IMG/VR virus record: IMGVR_UViG_3300050509_000509 | Span: 9,812 to 73,811 of that record | Strand: one strand, 5' to 3' | Origin: a virus | Taxonomy: Duplodnaviria > Caudoviricetes | DNA: 64,000 nt | Part shown: piece after piece, positions 57,158 through 64,000 of the stretch | Layout: every line of letters begins with the position of its first letter | How positions within the stretch are numbered: position 1 is the first letter of the stretch | Position numbers and translations under genes: made by a program | Notes under the pieces: model-generated | Told to the model about the DNA's origin: nothing | Database searches by the model: none | Seen by the model: the letters and a program-made list of their open reading frames with translations, nothing else

Positions 57158-58702
57158 TTAGAACTGAGGTACTTCCTCAATTACAACACATCTTGAAAGG
57201 TCTTCGATGAACACGTCGTAGCGGTCATCCATGAAGATGGTATAACCATCAAACATGTTGGCAGCTGAGTGTCCCTGAGAGCGGAAAGCGCCCAGGTGAT
57301 GACGACGACCATCAATATAACCCCAGGTCATTGATGGACGACCTTGCATGCGCACTTCACGAATGTTGTTGCGCAGCGTGCCATCTCCTTCTGGAGATAC
57401 ATCAAATACCAGGAAGAGTGGAGTTGATTTCTTGTTCTGGCCAAACTCCAGGTTAGATTGTGGCAGATCCAGTTCTTTTAAGTGAACCAGCTCTATTCTA
57501 CCAGTCTCACGAGTTACCATCGAGCTGAAGGCATAGTTCAAGGTAAGCTTCTGCTCTGCACCCTGAATAAAGCGTTCGTCAGCTATAATGGTCAGACCTG
57601 AGTTTAATGCGTCTTCCTTCAGAGCCTGATCGAATACATCGAAGCCAGCCTCATTGGTATAAATCTTCACACGACGATCCTTCACATCTACCCTACGATA
57701 GAACAAGTCTCCAAATACTGCACGTAGGATGTTGGTGGAGAACTCACCACGATTATATTGAACCAGGTTGCCATTATTGCGCATACGATAGTACACGCCA
57801 GCAGATACCTTTTTAATTTCTTGTTTGGCACCACGGGTACGCACTGTACCTGGCTTACCCCAGATCATCTTCTGTACCTTCAGATCCATCATCGCTTTAC
57901 GCATCCAGAATTCGATAAAGGGTTCCCAACGGATGTCATGACGGGTGACTGGCTTCTCATTGCGCTTGCCATTAATATATACCATCAGATCCAAAGGCAT
58001 ACCATTGCTATTGCGTAGCATGCGGTCATCTGCCCAACCAGTGATGGTGTGTTTGTAACCTACTGCAGATCCAAGTGATTCAAACATGGTAATCTTCTCA
58101 GCCATACGAGGCAGACCCAGCAGATCTTCGTCGAACTCACCGATAGAGGCATTCACCAGAGTATACTCTATACCTGCCTGCAAATATGTTGGATCCACAA
58201 ACTCCGTCTTGGGGTTGTTGGATATAAGTGCAAGGGTATAGAGGAAACCACGATTGGCTGGCTGAGGATCCTTAAGTACAACAAACTGAGGACCATAGAT
58301 TTTATGCGGGGTAATGATTGCGTTCTGGGTAAACTCGGCTGAGTCCATGATGATCCAGAACTCCTGACCATCTATACCAGGAGTGGTAAGATTGACGGTT
58401 TGAGTAGGAATCTCAGTAATCTTGGGGAATTTATAAGGTACTTCGATATCCCATTTCCACGCGTCTGAATTAGTGTTGATATAGAACGGTGTGGACTTGT
58501 TAATCATATCCAGAAAATCATTCGCATATAGCGAGCTCTGGGTATAAATGGATATGATCTTCTTGTCATAATCCGCCGGGTCTGTGGTGTGAAAGCTTTC
58601 CAGGTGGTTAGTGTCCGTAAGCTTACCGACAGCGCGTTTGTCCATCGAGGCAACTCGGGCATACGCAAACCCAGTAAATCCAGGTATTGTTTGTAAGGCC
58701 AT
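57158..58702 (-). CDS. Major capsid protein
   Basis: 514 aa; position after portal and scaffold; MIWGK, SAG.Y, KIYTNEAG, typical crAss-like size and order. Confidence 0.85.
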   Translation of the reverse strand: MALQTIPGFTGFAYARVASMDKRAVGKLTDTNHLESFHTTDPADYDKKIISIYTQSSLYANDFLDMINKSTPFYINTNSDAWKWDIEVPYKFPKITEIPTQTVNLTTPGIDGQEFWIIMDSAEFTQNAIITPHKIYGPQFVVLKDPQPANRGFLYTLALISNNPKTEFVDPTYLQAGIEYTLVNASIGEFDEDLLGLPRMAEKITMFESLGSAVGYKHTITGWADDRMLRNSNGMPLDLMVYINGKRNEKPVTRHDIRWEPFIEFWMRKAMMDLKVQKMIWGKPGTVRTRGAKQEIKKVSAGVYYRMRNNGNLVQYNRGEFSTNILRAVFGDLFYRRVDVKDRRVKIYTNEAGFDVFDQALKEDALNSGLTIIADERFIQGAEQKLTLNYAFSSMVTRETGRIELVHLKELDLPQSNLEFGQNKKSTPLFLVFDVSPEGDGTLRNNIREVRMQGRPSMTWGYIDGRRHHLGAFRSQGHSAANMFDGYTIFMDDRYDVFIEDLSRCVVIEEVPQF

Positions 58703-58726
58703 TTTACTTTACAGTTTTTGTTTATC

Positions 58727-60043
58727 TTATGATTGGAACCAACTCTTTGGCTCCGAATTTTTCTTTGGCTGATCTCCTGATTTTATGGCGGTTCTTTTCA
58801 ATCCCTTGAATAGCTCGTTGGTTTCTTTGCTTACAGCTTTTTTAGCAAGCTTAGATAGTGTCGGATCTTCTCTGAGAAGCTGCATGAGCATAGCAAGTTT
58901 GATCTTCATCTCGTGATTCTCCGGGCGATTCAGATCCAGAATATCCTTGTCGAACTCAGTTAGTGTCTGTCGATCCTTCGTTTCATAACGCTCCTGAGTA
59001 ATATATGCATAAGTACGTTCTGCAAAGTTTTTGTCTATGGGTATACCATCAAACTCCTTGGTACGTATCTTATCATTGAGTATTCTGGAGACATTGGTGA
59101 TGTACTCACTACGGATCATCTGTTTGCGTTTATTCTCCTGATCCTTATTAGCTTCAGCTTCCTGGACAGCTTGTTCCTCGCGTTGAACAAGGATACGCTG
59201 TGCTTCAGTAGCTTCATCAGCCAGATCACTATAATTCTTGAGTTGAGTAATCCTTTTTTCAATATACTCAGTTGAGCGACCTTCTGTACGATAAAGTTCG
59301 CGCACCACTCTTTCCTGATTACCCTCATCAGAAAGGTCAAGGTTCTTGACAGTTTCTATCTTGGCATAACGATTCAGGTAGTCGAGTGGGTTAACCCCTT
59401 TTACAAAAACACTGTTGAACATTTCTCTGTAATCATCTCCAAAACGTCCGAGGAACTTATTGATAACAGCGGTAGCATGTTTCTGACCTTCGTACTGAAA
59501 TCTTTCCAGTAACTCCTCCGGAGTTTCTATCTGGACTTCCTCTTCTCCTTCATCCAGTGTGATTATACCATGAGTCACTAACTCTTTAGCGATTGTAGAA
59601 TAGACAGATTCTTCCTCTTCTCCTTCGGTAGATTGTTCTTCGATCCCTTCCTCAGTTTTGTCTGGTGCAGACTCTAAGGTTTTTTGAGCTCCGACTTTCT
59701 TTTCCTTTTTCTCAACCGGCTTTTCCTCCTCTTCTTCCTCTTCATCTTCATTATCAGTAGTGAATGAGGTGAACATATCCTCCTCACTTAGCTCATTGGG
59801 TATAGCAACTGCCTCTTTAATAGGCTTCTTTTCCTTGATCTTTAACTTGTCTTCCTTGCTTTCGATTTCATCTTCAGATTCATCTTCGTCTTCTTCCTGC
59901 TTTTTCTTGGAGGATTTCTTTCGTGGGGCGAGTGTAATATCATCAGGATTAGAGTTCAGAAAATTTTCACCGGCAATGACTTCTTCTGTGGAAAGGATAC
60001 CCAATTCTCCTGCGGAGAGGGCGAACTCCTGTCTTTCCGCCAT
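58727..60043 (-). CDS. Scaffold-like acidic protein
   Basis: Very acidic disordered N-terminus and coiled coil; lies between portal and major capsid. Confidence 0.6.
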   Translation of the reverse strand: MAERQEFALSAGELGILSTEEVIAGENFLNSNPDDITLAPRKKSSKKKQEEDEDESEDEIESKEDKLKIKEKKPIKEAVAIPNELSEEDMFTSFTTDNEDEEEEEEEKPVEKKEKKVGAQKTLESAPDKTEEGIEEQSTEGEEEESVYSTIAKELVTHGIITLDEGEEEVQIETPEELLERFQYEGQKHATAVINKFLGRFGDDYREMFNSVFVKGVNPLDYLNRYAKIETVKNLDLSDEGNQERVVRELYRTEGRSTEYIEKRITQLKNYSDLADEATEAQRILVQREEQAVQEAEANKDQENKRKQMIRSEYITNVSRILNDKIRTKEFDGIPIDKNFAERTYAYITQERYETKDRQTLTEFDKDILDLNRPENHEMKIKLAMLMQLLREDPTLSKLAKKAVSKETNELFKGLKRTAIKSGDQPKKNSEPKSWFQS

Positions 60044-60129
60044 ATTTAGTTGTTTTTGATATGCGTAAAATTATAGTTCGTCAGTGTGTTACGCGAGTGT
60101 TAAGTATGATTTTTTTGCTCAGTATAGCG

Positions 60130-62700
60130 TTATGTTTTCTTTTTGGTCTTGACTTGCTGCCTTTTGAGAGCTCTATCGGCCTTTTTGTCGGCCATCTGGG
60201 CACGTAGCTTCTCTTTCTCAAGTTGGATCTTCCTAAGTTCAAGTGAGATATAATCCTGGTTCTCTCTCTGTTTCTGATCGAGCTGTTGGCGTTTCAATTC
60301 CAGTTCCCTATCAGCAGTAGCCTGATCTATACGTCTATCATCTATCTCAGAGAGAGTGGTAGAGTTGTCCGGAGTACGGTCAGCTCCTCTTGCTGCGGCA
60401 CGGATAAGCTCAACCTCTCTGTCATTCATACGATCAAGCTCTTTCTGCTGTGCTTCGAACTGGCGATCAATCTCCTGTTGTTGCATCTGTGCCTGTAGAT
60501 TAGCCTCAGCTATAGCCTGCTGATTTTGCATTTCCTGCTGTTGCATTTGCATCTGTTGCTGTTGCATTGCCTCCATCTTATCTCTGAGACTCTTGAAGAT
60601 CTGTCTCATCTGTCGTACAGAATTAGTGCTGTATAGTACAGAGATTTCATATGGTGTAGCACCATTCTGCAACATTGGTTGGGCAAGCTGACGGAATTCC
60701 TGGAACTCCTGTACATCCCTTGCGCGTGATGTAGCAAATACTTTGAGATCGCGCATGGAGATATCCTCTCCATTTACGCGTATGAAACCTTGTTCTCCTT
60801 CCGTATTTACATATGAGATAGTAGAATATGGTTTCTTGGTTTCTATATACTGCACTGCATCAAGCATTGCCTGATACAGATCATTCATGACATATTCGTG
60901 CTGTGCAAAATAGGGTTCTGTCTGAGCATAGCTCTGAGAGAGCGCTGCATTGGTGCCTGTTGCAGTTTGTGTGGCAGCCACCCCACCCGTGCGCTCGCGC
61001 GTAATACCTACAAGCTCCCATGCCTCTATCTTGAGTTGTTGAGCCAGTGTGTATCTGGATTGGATCTCACTGGTACGTGTAAGATCTACATTCTTAAACA
61101 TATTAAAGTTGGAAGGACTCTTGAGATTCTCTGGCGAATCATCAATCATAACAATACCACGTTTACGTGCTTCCAATTCCCAGATATCTAGCGCATCTTG
61201 TCCATCACCATCCTTTGGTGTTGGTACGTGCCGGATAGATCCTTGGTATACATTACCAATTTCCTTTTCCAGGAGTTGGTACAATTGATTAAGGCAGATG
61301 TTATACAATACCTGGTAAGGTTTCAACATATCCACCAGGCTCTTTGCTTCATTAACGTTCTTGATTTCATGCACCACACCTATTATAGGACAGTGATCGA
61401 GCAGCTCGTAGGGTTCTACCTTGTATACATCCGAACCAATTTTATATCCCTTGTACCACTGATTCACATAATTCCATTCGATAGATATTTCACCGGGTAC
61501 CTTACGATAATTCTCATCCACCATTGTACTGAACTCCTCACCACTCTCATCCACATATGTAAGTTGGCCCACTTTCTTTTTGCTCAGCCAATATGCCTGC
61601 ACAACAACATATTTATTCCCGAACGTGTTGACATTCGAAGACAGACCAAGCCAATTGCCCAAAGAATCCGTATTCTCTTTCAGTTGAGATTCGATGAATA
61701 ATCGTTGCTGAACTATATAAGGGGAGTAAGTATCATATTTGATCGAATCCCAACCACTGGTTGTAGGATTCTCGAAGTTGGACTCTCTCGGAGAGAAGAG
61801 CGAGAGCTCGCGCACACCTTTTCGCAGATGATCTATTTCATCTTTAGTCAGATCAAAGCGCTCAATGATCTCAGATAGTTCCATTACATGTACTGTACCT
61901 GCAGCGAACGCATCCTTATGAATATATTTTTTATCGGGAAGTGTAAGATACCATACGTTCTTTGGGTTCAGGTTCTCCACACCCAGACCAAGCTTGCTGT
62001 TATTTTCAAACACATGAGCGAATTCCCTGGAGCTTATCAACAGATCGCGCATGCAATCTTCAGATAACTCCTTCATGTTGAGTTCTACCTTCAAAGCTTC
62101 GATTACATGATTGCCCCACTTTTCAGCAGTAGAAGTGTAATCCGTAAGATATTCCTGAACCTGCTCCAGCGACATCTGTTGAAGTTGTTCCTCTTCCACC
62201 TCTTCTCCTGCCATCGCCAGTTTCGATCTTATTTGCTGCATAGCATTTTCCAGGATGTAATTCTGCATTACCTCTGTCATATACTGCAGTTGTTCATTCT
62301 TGGATTCCTCATCCATGGCTTTTATCCTTACCTGATCGGGTCGCTTGGACAACTCACCGACCATTGTATTAAGTGGAGGGTTGAGTATTGGATAATGTTT
62401 TACATGTGGAGGCAGTTCGACTTCCTTGAGAAGTGTCTCTGCGAAAGATTGCATATCAGATGGGGCCTCTTCTATATAAAAATCTCTGGGTCCTATGATG
62501 CCCTTCACCAGATTATAGTTACGCACAAACGTATCTTTGGCCTTTATGAATTGTGAATAAGCTACATTGGCAAAGTAGTCCATATTGGACTTGACCCAGT
62601 TCTTGCCACGCTTCTCCTTTTCAGTAACAAATTGATCCGGGTAGATATTCCACCTGGCCCAGTCCATATTCTGGTACTCCGAATGAATGATGATAGGCAT
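60130..62700 (-). CDS. Portal protein
   Basis: HYPIL.P.LNTMVGE.SKRP, SLVDMLKPYQVLYN, GITRERTG; Gln-rich C-terminal coiled coil; follows the terminase. Confidence 0.9.
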   Translation of the reverse strand: MPIIIHSEYQNMDWARWNIYPDQFVTEKEKRGKNWVKSNMDYFANVAYSQFIKAKDTFVRNYNLVKGIIGPRDFYIEEAPSDMQSFAETLLKEVELPPHVKHYPILNPPLNTMVGELSKRPDQVRIKAMDEESKNEQLQYMTEVMQNYILENAMQQIRSKLAMAGEEVEEEQLQQMSLEQVQEYLTDYTSTAEKWGNHVIEALKVELNMKELSEDCMRDLLISSREFAHVFENNSKLGLGVENLNPKNVWYLTLPDKKYIHKDAFAAGTVHVMELSEIIERFDLTKDEIDHLRKGVRELSLFSPRESNFENPTTSGWDSIKYDTYSPYIVQQRLFIESQLKENTDSLGNWLGLSSNVNTFGNKYVVVQAYWLSKKKVGQLTYVDESGEEFSTMVDENYRKVPGEISIEWNYVNQWYKGYKIGSDVYKVEPYELLDHCPIIGVVHEIKNVNEAKSLVDMLKPYQVLYNICLNQLYQLLEKEIGNVYQGSIRHVPTPKDGDGQDALDIWELEARKRGIVMIDDSPENLKSPSNFNMFKNVDLTRTSEIQSRYTLAQQLKIEAWELVGITRERTGGVAATQTATGTNAALSQSYAQTEPYFAQHEYVMNDLYQAMLDAVQYIETKKPYSTISYVNTEGEQGFIRVNGEDISMRDLKVFATSRARDVQEFQEFRQLAQPMLQNGATPYEISVLYSTNSVRQMRQIFKSLRDKMEAMQQQQMQMQQQEMQNQQAIAEANLQAQMQQQEIDRQFEAQQKELDRMNDREVELIRAAARGADRTPDNSTTLSEIDDRRIDQATADRELELKRQQLDQKQRENQDYISLELRKIQLEKEKLRAQMADKKADRALKRQQVKTKKKT

Positions 62701-64000
62701 TATATAAAGAGTTTAGACCCATGTGATTTCTTCATGGCGTTTGTCCTGGCAGACATATCTATCACCGATCGTGCTGTATTGCGCTTGTTACCGAAATATG
62801 CTTTTAACCTCGGATCTATCTTCGTATCAGATACATAAAACTGCGCATTCAGGTGATCAGCCATTACTACTGCCAGTTCAGCTGCCACAAGCCGGTCAAA
62901 ATTACCTTCGTCGAAGTTAAATCTAATAATTTCTTCCAACAGCATGGAATCAAATACCTTGGTAATACCTAGAACTTCGCGTATGATAGATCCATTTTCA
63001 TCCTTTTCGATGAGGATAGGCTCATCAAGATACTTTTTGAATAAGCCATCAAGATGCCTTCTCACCCTCTCTGAGGCACGTGAGATTCCGTAATCCCTAT
63101 AAACTCTGGAGTTAGGTGAAACTTCTCTTAGCCATGAAGGTTGGGGAGCCAGGTAGATAGCTGCATCTCCTTTCTTGATCATATAGTCAATGAAACTATA
63201 CTCATCGTTCTCTACTAATGTATACGCATTGTAATACTTGATCAGCAGACGTGCCTGTTCATTCCATACTTCCTTGCTGCCAGGTCTGGCCACATAAGAA
63301 GCTACCAGCATATTTTGGTACTTCTCCCCCTGTATATCATGTATGCGCTTGAAGATATATACAGCACCTAATGACTCACTCCATTCAGAATTCTCCTGAC
63401 GATAAGGGTCAACGCCAGCAGTATAAAGCCCAAATGGTGGAACCTCCTCTATCGGAAATTCCCAGATAACTACCGGAGCATCTGTATTCTGATCCTTAAT
63501 TGGATATTGGGTAATGGGAACCTTATCCGTGAAGTCATGTCTTACCTTCTCACCATCGTGATATAACCATACAAGTTTGCCGGTCTTCTCCAGCCCTCTG
63601 AGTCTTGCTTGCTGAGAACGAGCCGCATCTGTATTAAAATCATTCTTAGTGATAACTAAGAACGAATCGCTGGGATTGAGTGGCTGATATGCCTTGAATT
63701 TAAGAATGGTTTTCAGGTTACCGCTCTTGAGTGCTCGCTGATAGGCAGGTTCCCACCACTCTTTAAGAGCTCGTTCTTCATTAGCTACCCTGATCTTAAC
63801 GTGGGATATTGCTCTTTCTTCTATACCGAGATATTCGGATAAAAACTTCTCTTCTTTAAAAGCCATCTTGGCCTTCAATGCATTAACAAATCTGCCTATC
63901 CTTCCCAACCCTTCGTAAGTATCCTGGAAACTTAGCATGTTATAAGAGTCCGGATTACGGAATATTTCAGCTGCTTCTGCGCCTACTTCCATGTCACCGC
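62700..64000 (-). CDS. terL: Terminase large subunit, C-terminal part (truncated by window edge)
   Basis: Nuclease-domain motifs YTAGVDPY, SLGAVYIFKR, YYNA..LVEN, GNFDR; frame is open to the window end. Confidence 0.9.
   Translation of the reverse strand, partial: GDMEVGAEAAEIFRNPDSYNMLSFQDTYEGLGRIGRFVNALKAKMAFKEEKFLSEYLGIEERAISHVKIRVANEERALKEWWEPAYQRALKSGNLKTILKFKAYQPLNPSDSFLVITKNDFNTDAARSQQARLRGLEKTGKLVWLYHDGEKVRHDFTDKVPITQYPIKDQNTDAPVVIWEFPIEEVPPFGLYTAGVDPYRQENSEWSESLGAVYIFKRIHDIQGEKYQNMLVASYVARPGSKEVWNEQARLLIKYYNAYTLVENDEYSFIDYMIKKGDAAIYLAPQPSWLREVSPNSRVYRDYGISRASERVRRHLDGLFKKYLDEPILIEKDENGSIIREVLGITKVFDSMLLEEIIRFNFDEGNFDRLVAAELAVVMADHLNAQFYVSDTKIDPRLKAYFGNKRNTARSVIDMSARTNAMKKSHGSKLFI

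Larger units (their letters stand above)
161..60589. repeat. Dispersed palindrome TCTCWGAGA, at least 34 copies
   Basis: Counted by eye; coordinates are listed in the findings. Confidence 0.85.

Noticed and set aside
60470-60575. CTG/TTG-rich repeat in the portal gene
   Set aside because: Encodes the Gln-rich coiled-coil barrel usual at portal C-termini
14213-62920. Numerous 60-180 aa + strand ORFs within the late block
   Set aside because: Antisense shadows of long minus-strand genes, without motifs or leaders
1-64000. Stop-codon reassignment as in some crAss-like phages
   Set aside because: Giant ORFs are intact in code 11, and TAG/TGA occur at gene ends with start overlaps (e.g. TAGTG at 3218-3222)
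1-64000. CRISPR array, tRNA, rRNA, integrase, DGR reverse transcriptase
   Set aside because: None seen; the dispersed palindrome is intragenic and kb-spaced, not an array

Overview
This window is part of a lytic crAss-like (Crassvirales-type) phage genome, read in the standard genetic code. The host is probably a Bacteroidota member, judged from the A-rich leaders without Shine-Dalgarno sites and the Bacteroidota-style secreted proteins. Positions 1-2540 (+) end an early/replication block with RecA, an HNH nuclease and small ORFs. Positions 2600-64000 (-) form one long late block: terminase, portal, scaffold-like protein, major capsid, ring/auxiliary capsid/tail-hub proteins, fibres, muzzle, four giant cargo proteins including a virion RNA polymerase (DFDID motif), and then an accessory tail with an esterase, three glycosyltransferases, a methyltransferase, lysis genes and a ferritin-like gene. 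Highlights: (1) six late proteins carry mucin-like poly-Thr tracts, co-transcribed with a GT/GT/GT/methyltransferase cluster, suggesting a phage-encoded virion O-glycosylation system; (2) the palindrome TCTCWGAGA occurs at least 34 times inside genes, about every 1-3 kb; (3) a ~315-nt structured RNA-like leader is coupled to a DUF559/Vsr-like endonuclease; (4) a canonical-looking -1 frameshift signal lies at 2276; (5) a cargo protein is punctuated by xxxGG motifs. All family calls come from motif recognition and synteny; no database searches were run.
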